From contig JBBQFN010000022.1 in NCBI GenBank assembly GCA_038321985.1, forward strand, positions 22,441 through 86,440: a DNA stretch of 64,000 nt, read 5' to 3'. This DNA is from Cyanophyceae cyanobacterium (GTDB taxonomy: Bacteria > Cyanobacteriota > Cyanobacteriia > Cyanobacteriales > Laspinemataceae). Both the position numbers and the translations under genes were made by a program. Within the stretch, counting starts at the first letter, position 1; every line of letters starts with the position of its first letter. Shown one piece after another: positions 10,865 through 20,663 of the stretch. Below the pieces are notes generated by a model. The model was not told the DNA's origin. It ran no database searches and saw only the letters and a program-made list of their open reading frames with translations.

Positions 10865-11154
10865 ATCGCTTCAATTCCTGCGGATACCCTTTAAAATACA
10901 ATCAACGAGGGAGGTAATTTCCGGGGTGGGTGGAAAAATAGAACCCAATAAATTTGCACAGAAAGTTTCCAGGGGCGATCGCCGCTGAAAACTTTCTGTA
11001 TATATACTCTCTCACATATCCCCAGTTTGGGAAAATAGCGGTAAAATATAATAGCCTCAGAAATTTTTGAATCTCACTTCTGAAAAGGAAATCGATAAGG
11101 TGCTGATTGAAGGATGACGATCGCTATTTGCTATCCCCTCTCTTGCCCGACTCT

Positions 11155-11670
11155 TTAGCGATTGGCAAATTCCGGACAGTAATAATTAGTTGCCAGGGAA
11201 ATCGTTAAATCGCGATCGGCGATAAATTCCTCTTGTTTTTGAGGGTCGGCAATTTCTACCGCTTCCACACGAGTTCTTAATCTCCATTCAGGTATTGAAA
11301 TCCCTTCTTTTGCTTCTTGGCAAATTGTTTGTGCCGTTTTAATCTTCTGTTGTGGAACTCGGCGGATTTCTCGTAACAAAAAATCTTTGAGCGGTGGCTC
11401 ATATTCATTTGCAGCTTGAGTATAGGCTTCAATGAATTCCTGGGCTTTCAGTTGTTCTGGGGTTAGAACTGGCCTTCTGTCTTCAGTGTCACACAAACTG
11501 CTGAGGTTGACTAATTCTCCTGAAGCGTTAACCATAAAGCATCCCTCATGTTCTTGAGCGATCGCCAGGGGGAGAGGGATTGGTAAAAATTGAAGAATAA
11601 CCGCAGATAAAGCTGCAATTCCATAAAATTGGCTTGCCATAAAATTTGACTGATAATTTAAAGTTGACAT
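11155..11670 (-). CDS. hypothetical exported protein
   Basis: Signal-like N-terminus, CFMVNASGELVNLSSLC motif, C-terminal YYCP. Confidence 0.7.
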   Translation of the reverse strand: MSTLNYQSNFMASQFYGIAALSAVILQFLPIPLPLAIAQEHEGCFMVNASGELVNLSSLCDTEDRRPVLTPEQLKAQEFIEAYTQAANEYEPPLKDFLLREIRRVPQQKIKTAQTICQEAKEGISIPEWRLRTRVEAVEIADPQKQEEFIADRDLTISLATNYYCPEFANR

Positions 11671-12282
11671 TATATCCTAATATCCAGCCTCCATTAAAAA
11701 ATTTTAATATTTCGCAATCATTTAAGCTGTTCCTAGAAGTTACAGATAGCGAGCGCGAGCTTTAAAAACCCGATTCGCGCTATCGGTAATTCTCCTCATA
11801 AGGAATACCGCTCATCCCCCAAGCCCAGGCAAATAACTTAATTATGTGGCAACGATTATAGCACCTCAATAAGTGGCTCCCTAGGTTGCAGGATGAGGAT
11901 AATTTCAATGGGGAAGATTGCAGCGTATCGAGTGCTTCCACGGTACGTCTATCTCATTTTTCTGTGAATTGTAAAAATAAAAATTCATAAGTTGCACTCA
12001 AAGCTGATAAAGTTTGATAAGGTTTAAAAATGCCTATAGGGGGGAATTCGGATAGTAAGCTGGGATTAATGCCCTACCTACATCTTCGAGGACTACAAGG
12101 CAGAAGTTGCAAGATTAACCACCTTGAAACTTTACCTATCTAGGGTCAAAAAAAATGGGCCCTTAATACCACCAATACTACAACTCAATAGACCTTCACT
12201 GAAAGGTTTGGAGAAAGTAAAACCCAGTCGGGGGTTACAATTCTCCCTTTTTTCATAACCAAAACCTCAATCGGTAACTGCA

Positions 12283-13497
12283 ATGAACTTTAAAAAAATA
12301 GCTCGAATGAGCATACTCGCCGTAGAGTTGCTGATGATTTCCCTACTGAATCCGGGAACCATAGGAGCTTCAGATCATGACGACGGTGAGGGAGGGGTGA
12401 TTAGCGGTCCTCTGGGTTTAACGGACTTGTATGTCTTCCGCGAAGTGGATCAAAACCCTGCGGCTTCACCAGATGACTTGATCTTTGTGATGAATACCAA
12501 CCCGCGATCGCTGCCTCGGCAACCTTATTACTTCAGCTCCGACGCGGTTTACGATTTCAATATAACTCGGGTGGCAAATAAGGATGAAGCTCCCACAGGG
12601 AAAGCAAATTTGATCCTCCGGTTTACCTTTAGCGAACCGAATGCCCAGGGCGTGCAAACCATGAACGTAACCGCCATTCAAAATGGCGCTGAGGTGGGGA
12701 CAACTGCCACGACAAACGGGGGGCCCGTCGTAACAACGCCGTTGAATAGTCCGCCAATGCTGAATCCAGTCTCTGTGGGGGGTTCTAACCTGACGGTGTT
12801 TGCAGGCTTGCGGGAAGACCCCTTTTTCTTGGATGTGGAGCAATTTTTCAGGGTGCGAGCAGGAGCCTTAGGGAGTGGCCCACCGGCGACTTTCCGTCCC
12901 CCCGCAGAAGCGACGGATTTTACGAAAGGCTACAACGTGAATTCGATCGTAGTTCGGGTTCCTAAAGCGTTCTTGCAGCTATCAACTCCGGTGAATGTTT
13001 TTGATGTGTGGATGACCGTCTCGATGAGGGATGCAACGGGGAATTTCCAACAGGTTGAGCGGTTGGGACGACCATTAATCAACGAAGGTTTGATTGTGAC
13101 GCCCGCGTTCTTAAACGCCTTTAACGCGATTCCGCCCTTTCTGGATTTGAGCGACGCCGCAGCACCGGTGCGGGCTGAGGCAGTGGCAACGCTTAATGCG
13201 TTGGATCTGGCGGATGGGCAGGATAATGTGGATCCAAACGCGATCGCAATGGCTTTTCTCCCGGATGCGATGCGGATCGACACGACGGTGCCCAGTGGCT
13301 ATGCGAACGCTTTTAATGCCCTCGGCAGCCCGATCGCTGGTCGTAAGATCATGGACGATGTGGTAGACATTACACTCGGCGTGCTCGTGGGAGCCGAGGT
13401 TAGCGATAACGTCACCTACGAAGGCGTTCCAGGCAACCCCGCCCAAGGACATAAGCCGCTAGAACCGTCCTTTCCATACTTGGCTTTACCGAATTAG
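12283..13497 (+). CDS. DUF4331-family secreted protein
   Basis: Signal peptide then ASDHDDG, LTDLYVF, FAGLREDPFF.D, QVERLGRP.INE, GR...DDVVD, FPYLA. Confidence 0.85.
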   Translation: MNFKKIARMSILAVELLMISLLNPGTIGASDHDDGEGGVISGPLGLTDLYVFREVDQNPAASPDDLIFVMNTNPRSLPRQPYYFSSDAVYDFNITRVANKDEAPTGKANLILRFTFSEPNAQGVQTMNVTAIQNGAEVGTTATTNGGPVVTTPLNSPPMLNPVSVGGSNLTVFAGLREDPFFLDVEQFFRVRAGALGSGPPATFRPPAEATDFTKGYNVNSIVVRVPKAFLQLSTPVNVFDVWMTVSMRDATGNFQQVERLGRPLINEGLIVTPAFLNAFNAIPPFLDLSDAAAPVRAEAVATLNALDLADGQDNVDPNAIAMAFLPDAMRIDTTVPSGYANAFNALGSPIAGRKIMDDVVDITLGVLVGAEVSDNVTYEGVPGNPAQGHKPLEPSFPYLALPN

Positions 13498-13515
13498 TCA
13501 TGGGCTATTGGCAAC

Positions 13516-13605
13516 AGGACTTACGCATTACCTTAATCCGTTGTAGGGGGAATTTATTAAATGCACGGATCATCTCCGCTCACATCCCCCAAAAGGCGTA
13601 AGTCC
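13516..13605. mobile_element. degenerate MITE with GGACTTACGC inverted ends
   Basis: GGACTTACGC at 13517-13526 and GCGTAAGTCC at 13596-13605. Confidence 0.55.
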
Positions 13606-13649
13606 GAGGCCATAAATTGTTTTATTGGGACATCGTGAGCCATTAACCC

Positions 13650-15065
13650 ATGACAACTGAGAAAGCACAAAGAATAAAAACGGGAATGTTCTGGTGGGTG
13701 CTGCTGATCACATTGCCAGCAGTGGCGATCGCTATGACAAGCCTACCCCAGGAACTGAGGAGGTTTCCCGACAGTTTTTCCTCGTCCCATTCCCCAGCCG
13801 GACTCGATCCAGACTACCGCTATCGCTTTTCCCAATTGTTGGGGAACACTCTCACACCTAAGCTGATGGCAGAGCAAGAGATTGCTTTCTATCAGGAACG
13901 GCTAGGACAGGACCCCGAAAGCGGTCTGAACCGGGCTTTTTTGGCACAAGCGTATTTAAAAATGGCTCAGGCCACAAGTGAGGGGAGTTGGTATCTACTG
14001 GCTGAAGGGGCAGCGCGGCGATCTCTGGCTTCTTTGCCCTTTGACAATACCAGTGCCCAACTCGTACTCGCCCGAATAGCAGAAGCCCAGCATGATTTCC
14101 CAGCAGCCCTGCGCCTTGCTGAACAAGTCGGTTTTACCAATAGGGATGCCCTGGCAGTCGCCGTGACGACAAATTTGGCGATGGGTAATGTAGAGGCAGC
14201 TGACCGCGCTGCGGAGGAGCTAGTGGCTCTCGGGAGCAGCCTGGGAACCTTGAATCTGCGGGCGCTGGTGCGGGTGGCCCAGGGTTTGGATGCCGAAGCG
14301 ATCGCCGATTTTGAGGGCGCGCTGGCTGTGGAAGAACCCGGGCAATTGAGCGGTTCTGCTAAAACCCGGACGCTTCTGGGGCGTTTTTACTCGCAACGGG
14401 GGCAACTGCAACAGGCAGAGGCCCTGTATCTGGAAGCGTTACGCCTAGTCCCGCGATACCCCCTGGCTTTGGTACTACTGGCTGAATTAAAGACCAGGCA
14501 GGGACAGTATCGGCAGGGTCAAGAGTATTACGATCTAGCGATCGCTGACTCGGAAAATACGGCCACACTGTTCGATCATCGGATCGCTCACGGGATGGCT
14601 CGTCTTAAGAGTTTGCAAGGGGACGAGGTTGAGGCCAAATCCTGGCTCGAAAAAGCTGAAACCCTGTTACGAGCTAGTATGCCGAAAGATGGAAGTGGCA
14701 GCTTCGGACATCGCGGGGAACTGGCAGCTTTACTGCTAGATCGCGGCGGTGAGGAAGATGTGGCGGAAGCTCTGGATCTGATGCAAGCTGAGGTGAAGAT
14801 CCGCCGTGATTCTCCAACCCTGATGATTCTGGCCTCGGCACTCCTGCGTTCGGGCAAACCGACAGAAGCTCAAAAGGCGATCGCAATTGCGATGCAATCG
14901 GGAATCCGGGATGCGGGGATTTTTTACCGCGCCGGGGAGATCGAGAAGGCTTTGGGGAACGAGACGACGGCGAGGGCGTACTTTCAACAGGCAAGCCAGA
15001 CTGATCCCACGTTCGACGCACAGGCTCGACAAATGTTGGGTCTGAATATGGAATTTTCTGATTAA
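13650..15065 (+). CDS. membrane-anchored tetratricopeptide repeat protein
   Basis: N-terminal TM segment; repeated TPR-like helices (LAQAYL, LGRFY..QG..QQAEALY.EAL, A..YFQQA..TDP). Confidence 0.85.
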   Translation: MTTEKAQRIKTGMFWWVLLITLPAVAIAMTSLPQELRRFPDSFSSSHSPAGLDPDYRYRFSQLLGNTLTPKLMAEQEIAFYQERLGQDPESGLNRAFLAQAYLKMAQATSEGSWYLLAEGAARRSLASLPFDNTSAQLVLARIAEAQHDFPAALRLAEQVGFTNRDALAVAVTTNLAMGNVEAADRAAEELVALGSSLGTLNLRALVRVAQGLDAEAIADFEGALAVEEPGQLSGSAKTRTLLGRFYSQRGQLQQAEALYLEALRLVPRYPLALVLLAELKTRQGQYRQGQEYYDLAIADSENTATLFDHRIAHGMARLKSLQGDEVEAKSWLEKAETLLRASMPKDGSGSFGHRGELAALLLDRGGEEDVAEALDLMQAEVKIRRDSPTLMILASALLRSGKPTEAQKAIAIAMQSGIRDAGIFYRAGEIEKALGNETTARAYFQQASQTDPTFDAQARQMLGLNMEFSD

Positions 15066-15068
15066 GGG

Positions 15069-16496
15069 GTGGTGATGAACAAACAGCAACTCAAATCCAT
15101 CCTATTGGCGATCGGGACCTTCGGTGCCTCACTTTTGCTCTCTTTAATTTTCGCGACCCCCAGCCAGTCTCATTGGGCGGATCTGGCAGTGGCGGAGATT
15201 GCGGTCAGTGAGATGGAAACTCAAGTCAATCTCACTTTTCCCACTGGGTTGGTGGCTTTCGCCGATCGCAATCAAGATGGCCAGCTTTCAGCCGAAGAAG
15301 TCCGCAGCCAGTCAATCTCACTTGAGAAGTTTTTAAGTGAGCGAATTCAGATCTCGGACAGCGAAGATCTCCAAGGGATTTTAACCATCAGACCCTTAGA
15401 AACCGCTGCTATCCCTTCCCTGCAAATCCCCGCCTCCACCCACAGCACATTACTGCTGAGTTACAGTTGGCCTCAACCCGTGCAGGGTTTGCAGATAGAG
15501 TACGACTTATTTGTACCCGATGTGGCAACAGCCAGTTGTCAGGCGACGATTTTGTATCAGGGGAGAATGCAGACGTTTGTGTTCACGCCGAAAAACAAAG
15601 TCTTTTCCCTAGGGAATGGGGGGTCGGCATGGCTGGGAGCGCGGAATTTGTTGTGGGCGCTCGCCGGTTCTTTCGTCTGGGGTGCTATGCATTCGATGTC
15701 TCCCGGACATGGAAAAACCATTGTCGGTGCCTATTTGGTGGGGTCGCGTGCCACGTTCAAACACGCTTTGTTCTTGGCAATGACCACGACGATCGCGCAC
15801 ACGGCTGGAGTCTTTGCTTTGGGGTTGGTGACGCTGTTCGCCTCTCGCGGGATAGTAACCGATGAGCTGTACCCCTGGCTGAACTTGTTGTCGGGTTTAG
15901 TTGTGGTGGCGATCGGCGTGAACTTATGTCGCCACCGCATTCGCGAGGCATGGCCGAAATTCAAAAAAGCTGGCGGTCCCAGAGCCTCCGCCACGGTGGA
16001 TCTGTTGAGTCGGGGATCCTGGCAACGTACTTTGGCTGTGGAGCCTTCAGGCGTAGGCGCTCACTCTATTCACCCCCACGAGCACCATCACGGGCACCAC
16101 CACGAGCACGATCACCATCACGGCGATGGCGCTCACTCCCACTTACCCCCTGGAGCAGACGGTTCGCCGGTGACTTGGAAGAGCCTACTGGCACTGGGAC
16201 TCTCCAGCGGTCTTTTACCTTGTCCTTCTGCCTTGGTGCTGCTGCTGAGTGCTACGGCCCTGGGTAGTATTGGCTTTGGGCTGACTCTGGTGCTGTCATT
16301 CAGTTTGGGATTGGCCCTGGTGCTGACGGCAGTCGGGTTTTCTCTGGTGTACGCCCGAGGGTTTTTTGATCGCCTACCCAAACAGATAGGAGTGGTGAAA
16401 TGCTTGCCTGCCGTGAGTGCGGCGATCGTAGTGGTCCTGGGGATCATGATCGCCGGGCGATCGGCAATGCAAATCTGGCCGAGCGGGTTCAATTAA
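15069..16496 (+). CDS. RcnA/NicO-like nickel/cobalt transporter with N-terminal exported domain
   Basis: HSMSPGHGK motif, His-rich loop HPHEHHHGHHHEHDHHHGD.AHSH, GLLPCPSAL; N-terminal signal and EF-hand-like DRNQDGQLSAEE. Confidence 0.85.
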   Translation: MVMNKQQLKSILLAIGTFGASLLLSLIFATPSQSHWADLAVAEIAVSEMETQVNLTFPTGLVAFADRNQDGQLSAEEVRSQSISLEKFLSERIQISDSEDLQGILTIRPLETAAIPSLQIPASTHSTLLLSYSWPQPVQGLQIEYDLFVPDVATASCQATILYQGRMQTFVFTPKNKVFSLGNGGSAWLGARNLLWALAGSFVWGAMHSMSPGHGKTIVGAYLVGSRATFKHALFLAMTTTIAHTAGVFALGLVTLFASRGIVTDELYPWLNLLSGLVVVAIGVNLCRHRIREAWPKFKKAGGPRASATVDLLSRGSWQRTLAVEPSGVGAHSIHPHEHHHGHHHEHDHHHGDGAHSHLPPGADGSPVTWKSLLALGLSSGLLPCPSALVLLLSATALGSIGFGLTLVLSFSLGLALVLTAVGFSLVYARGFFDRLPKQIGVVKCLPAVSAAIVVVLGIMIAGRSAMQIWPSGFN

Positions 16497-16520
16497 AAAG
16501 GCGATCAATGTTGAGTTCTA

Positions 16521-16624
16521 TAGCATTTCTCGATGGATTGAGGTACGAAATGGGGTATGGATTCGGTTCTTAGGCATCGAATTACGGGTCTTGATGATGT
16601 ACCTCACCCCGCTGGAAAAGGCTA
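16521..16624. mobile_element. MITE with IS630-type TA-flanked ends
   Basis: TA|TAGCATTT...TGAGGTAC and GTACCTCA...AAAAGGCTA|TA imperfect inverted ends. Confidence 0.6.
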
Positions 16625-16658
16625 TATATGTTCATTGGGTTCCAAAAGTCCCAGACGG

Positions 16659-16684
16659 GATGAGCAATTCATGAATTGCTCATC
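16659..16684. repeat. perfect 26-bp palindrome
   Basis: GATGAGCAATTCATGAATTGCTCATC. Confidence 0.8.
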
Positions 16685-16767
16685 TCGCAATGATTGAGGC
16701 TAGATCTAGCCATGACTCTCTTAGAATTAACCGACTAAAAGCAAATTATTTGTGTTGGAGAATAAAC

Positions 16768-17652
16768 ATGACTGTTGACCTATTCAATCCGAGTTTCTAT
16801 AGCCTCATCAATCCAGATTTGGCAGCAGCGGGATTAACGAGCAACGAGCAACTATTAGCTCATTTCCAAAGCGTAGGCATAGAGGAAGGACGGCAATTTT
16901 CACCCCTAGTTAATCTCAACTCAATTTACCGGCAGGGAAATTCTGATTTAGCAGCCGCCGGCTTAACCAGCAATCGGGAATTGCTCAATCACCTGCAAAC
17001 TTTTGGCATTGCAGAGGGGCGAGATTTTTCCGCTGTTTTCGATACCGATTTTTATCGAGAGAACAATGCAGACTTGCTGGCAGCGGGTCTAAATGGCGAG
17101 GGATTGCTTGAACATTTTAGAACGTTTGGCATTTCTGAAGGACGAGCCGCCTCTGCTAATTTTGATGTGAATTTCTATCTGACGACTAACAGTGATTTAC
17201 AAGCTGCGGGATTTAACAATGAGCAGGCATTGTTCCATTTCGTTACTTCGGGTTTGGCAGAAGGACGCAGAGGCAGCGCTTTTGGCGTCCCCTCCAACGA
17301 TTTGAATACCGCAGTAGATTTGGGCAACCTGACAGGCACTCAAGGGGTGAGTGATTTTGTGGGGAATGCCGACCCCGCTGATATCTATCGGTTCGTCCTC
17401 GGGACCCCAAGCAATTTGCGAGTAAACCTAAGTGGACTCAGTGCAGATGCGGATGTGGATCTGATCCAGGATTTCGCGGGCAATGGGGCGATCGATTTCG
17501 GAGATATTATTGAAGCGTCCCTTAATGGAGGGACAACACCCGAAGCGATCGCGATCGATAATTTGGCGGCAGGTACTTATTTTGTCCGTGTCTTTCCAGC
17601 GGAAAATATGGGAGGCGAGACCAACTATAACCTCAACTTGTCCCTAGCATAG
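16768..17652 (+). CDS. repeat-containing surface protein with C-terminal PPC-like domain
   Basis: Four Y...N.DL.AAG...L.HF...G..EGR repeats followed by D.AD.YRF...L.GLSADADVDL...GTYFVRV...YNL; start chosen at ATG after GGAG. Confidence 0.75.
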   Translation: MTVDLFNPSFYSLINPDLAAAGLTSNEQLLAHFQSVGIEEGRQFSPLVNLNSIYRQGNSDLAAAGLTSNRELLNHLQTFGIAEGRDFSAVFDTDFYRENNADLLAAGLNGEGLLEHFRTFGISEGRAASANFDVNFYLTTNSDLQAAGFNNEQALFHFVTSGLAEGRRGSAFGVPSNDLNTAVDLGNLTGTQGVSDFVGNADPADIYRFVLGTPSNLRVNLSGLSADADVDLIQDFAGNGAIDFGDIIEASLNGGTTPEAIAIDNLAAGTYFVRVFPAENMGGETNYNLNLSLA

Positions 17653-17964
17653 TTAGGATAATAGGTTGCGATCGCCCCATCGGAGGGTGGGTTTTAGCCG
17701 GCCCTCCAGACTCCGGATTTACTTTGATCCGGGGTAGGGAGGATTGGCTGACTTACCTCTATATTTAGGATTTGAGCTGAAAATTGGCCTAAGTCTCTAT
17801 CCTGATGAACTGGCGTAACTAGCACCTCCTCCCCGCAGAATTGGCGGCAGATAGGGGGCATCGGGCAGATATCAAGGTAAGATGCAAGATGTACAGAATT
17901 TCTAATGCACTGACTGCACCGGATTGATGCTAATTGGTTGTATTGTACCTGCCGATAATTTGCT

Positions 17965-19542
17965 ATGAACTTTGCTAGTCTTGTCGCCCAGCTAAATACT
18001 GGAATAATTTTGCCAGAGGTGATTGTGATCGTCACCCTCCTGGTGGTCCTAGTTTATGACCTGATCGTGGGACGGGAGTCGCTGAAAGTAACCCCCTACA
18101 TGGCGATCGCCGGTCTACTGGCGTCCCTCGTGGCTCTAGTGTATCAATGGGGGGCCAGTAACCCGATTTCCTTCCTCGGTGGGTTCAATGGTGACTCCCT
18201 TAGTGTCATCTTTCGCGGGATTATCGCCCTGTCTGCTTTGGTGACTGTTTTGATGTCGATCCGCTATGTGGAACAGTCTGGCACCGCCATGGGCGAATTT
18301 CTGATGATTTTACTCACTGCCACCCTAGGGGGTATGTTCCTCTCGGGCGCGGATGAGTTGGTGATGATTTTTGTCTCCCTAGAAACCTTGAGTATTTCAT
18401 CGTATCTGCTCACAGGTTACATGAAGCTGGATCCTCGTTCCAATGAGGCAGCTTTAAAATATCTGCTCATTGGCGCTGCGTCTTCGGCAGTGTTTCTGTA
18501 TGGGATGTCCTTGCTGTACGGGCTTTCTGGAGGAGAAACCCGCTTAAGTGCGATCGCTGATGGTATGGCGGCTTCGGGTACGGGCCCCTCGATTGGTCTG
18601 GTAATTGCTCTGGTGTTTGTGGTTGCCGGTATCTCTTTTAAAATCTCCGCTGTTCCCTTCCACCAGTGGACCCCGGACGTTTACGAAGGCTCTCCGACTC
18701 CCGTTGTTGCCTTCCTCTCCGTCGGTTCTAAAGCAGCAGGGTTTGCTCTCGCTATCCGTTTGCTGACGACGGCTTTCCCCCTCGTGGAGGAACAGTGGCA
18801 CTTCGTTTTTACCGCCCTTGCCATCCTGAGTATGGTCCTGGGTAATGTGGTAGCTCTAGCTCAAACCAGTCTCAAACGGATGCTTGCCTATTCCTCCATC
18901 GGGCAAGCTGGATTTGTAATGATTGGTTTGATTGCCAATACCGATGCCGGATATGCCAGCATGATCTTTTACTTGCTGGTTTATTTGTTTATGAACCTGG
19001 GCGCATTCACCTGTCTGATTCTCTTCACCCTGCGGACGGGAACGGATCAAATTAGCGAATATGCCGGTTTATATCAAAAAGACCCCTTACTAACCTTGGG
19101 GTTAAGTATTTGTCTGCTTTCTCTCGGTGGCATTCCTCCCCTGGCTGGTTTCTTCGGAAAGATTTATCTGTTCTGGGCCGGTTGGCAAGCGGGTCTTTAT
19201 GGCTTGGTTTTGCTGGGTTTATTGATGAGTGTGGTTTCGATTTACTACTACATCCGCGTCGTCAAGATGATGGTAGTCAAGGAACCCCAGGAAATGTCCG
19301 AGGCAGTCAAAAATTATCCAGAAATCCGGTGGGATTTACGCGGAATGCGACCGTTACAAGTGGGTTTAATCCTGACAGTGATCGCGACTTCTCTAGCGGG
19401 AATTCTGTCTAATCCTCTGTTTACTTTGGCGAATAATTCCGTGACTCGAACCTCAATGTTGCAAGCCTCTATGGGAAAACCTATCCCGGTCGCTACATTA
19501 ACCAGTCCGGCGGAATTGGAGCGTTCCCAAACCCCTGAATAA
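17965..19542 (+). CDS. ndhB: NAD(P)H-quinone oxidoreductase (NDH-1) subunit 2
   Basis: [56 protein letters not shown]. Confidence 0.97.
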   Translation: MNFASLVAQLNTGIILPEVIVIVTLLVVLVYDLIVGRESLKVTPYMAIAGLLASLVALVYQWGASNPISFLGGFNGDSLSVIFRGIIALSALVTVLMSIRYVEQSGTAMGEFLMILLTATLGGMFLSGADELVMIFVSLETLSISSYLLTGYMKLDPRSNEAALKYLLIGAASSAVFLYGMSLLYGLSGGETRLSAIADGMAASGTGPSIGLVIALVFVVAGISFKISAVPFHQWTPDVYEGSPTPVVAFLSVGSKAAGFALAIRLLTTAFPLVEEQWHFVFTALAILSMVLGNVVALAQTSLKRMLAYSSIGQAGFVMIGLIANTDAGYASMIFYLLVYLFMNLGAFTCLILFTLRTGTDQISEYAGLYQKDPLLTLGLSICLLSLGGIPPLAGFFGKIYLFWAGWQAGLYGLVLLGLLMSVVSIYYYIRVVKMMVVKEPQEMSEAVKNYPEIRWDLRGMRPLQVGLILTVIATSLAGILSNPLFTLANNSVTRTSMLQASMGKPIPVATLTSPAELERSQTPE

Positions 19543-19573
19543 AAGCTGTCTAAATCTGTAACGGCAATATTTT

Positions 19574-19602
19574 GTAGAGGCAATCCCGGTGGGGTTGCCT
19601 CT
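19574..19602. terminator. hairpin between convergent ndhB and YggT gene (GTAG REP-like)
   Basis: GTAGAGGCAATCCC...GGGGTTGCCTCT. Confidence 0.5.
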
Positions 19603-19668
19603 CTCCTATTTTAGGGAGATTTCACCGCAGGAGTGCGAAGGCACTCCATACCCCTAAATCAATTAAAG

Positions 19669-20310
19669 TTAGTTCCAAATTAATTCTAGTAAGCGAATGA
19701 CTAACCAAGTCAGCAATCCATAAACTGCGATCGCAATCAAAGCGTTGAATTCAAAAGCTGAGGCTCCAAATGCTGGGGTACTAAACAGGGTTTCAAACGG
19801 GGTGACAAATGGAGAGGACAGCGCATAAATAAAACCGGCAAATTGGTTGTCTGGGTTAGCTCCTAACAGTCGCAACAATACCCGCAAAACTAACAACACT
19901 CCCAGGGCTCCCATCAGATAATAAATTACTTGATTGGTTTTGCTTAAGGCGAGTCTGCGTCTAACTTCGGCAATGCGACGCTCTTCCTCTTCCAAATGGA
20001 TGGCTTCAATCCGTCGGTTGATCTGGGCTTCTTGTTGTCGCAGTTCTTGAACCTGTCGGCTTAATCGCGCCTCTTCTTGTTGTAGTTCCCCGAGGTGTAG
20101 AATGTGGTGTTCTTGTTCTCGTCGCAGTTCCTCAATGGAAAGGTTCGAGGATTGCTCCGAGGAACTATAGCGGCGATCGCCTCGGGGAATGCCCGGATTT
20201 TGGGGGATTGGCGGTTGTTCTGGGTTTGCAGGGGGGTATTCTCCCTCTGAAAGCCAAGATGGGGTTGGGTTCGCATTTTCGCGATCGGGTCGGTTAGGGT
20301 CTGGGTTCAT
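19669..20310 (-). CDS. YggT-family membrane protein with N-terminal coiled coil
   Basis: LRVLLRLLGANPDNQFAGFIYALSSPFVTPF C-terminal YGGT-type motif. Confidence 0.8.
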   Translation of the reverse strand: MNPDPNRPDRENANPTPSWLSEGEYPPANPEQPPIPQNPGIPRGDRRYSSSEQSSNLSIEELRREQEHHILHLGELQQEEARLSRQVQELRQQEAQINRRIEAIHLEEEERRIAEVRRRLALSKTNQVIYYLMGALGVLLVLRVLLRLLGANPDNQFAGFIYALSSPFVTPFETLFSTPAFGASAFEFNALIAIAVYGLLTWLVIRLLELIWN

Positions 20311-20663
20311 CTTTTCCCTTCTTACAAATAGTTTTATCTGTTTATACTATCAATCCTGTCACAGTGTCCGAGTAAATTAGCTTAATCAAACCGCCGCACT
20401 CAAAAGCTGAAAATAAGCGGCTGAGAATGCCTCTGTCCTCTCTCACTTTTAGTCTTGATGATAGGAAATAAATAAAAGGCTCACAAACTCCCCAAACATC
20501 TCTCACGTGAGAAAGATTTTATCTCCGGGCTGCGATCGCACCGATGTCTGGACGCCAGGCCAGTCGGGGTGCAGGCCCCTAGGGGATGGGGGCTGGACGC
20601 CTTTGGGTTTAGAGAAGCTGCTTGGGATTGCTCTGGATGTCTTAAACTGATTGTACTGGAGCG

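Noticed and set aside
20400..20663. Cobalamin riboswitch upstream of cbiG-cobJ
   Set aside because: GC-rich stems are present but no B12-box or other consensus elements were recognised
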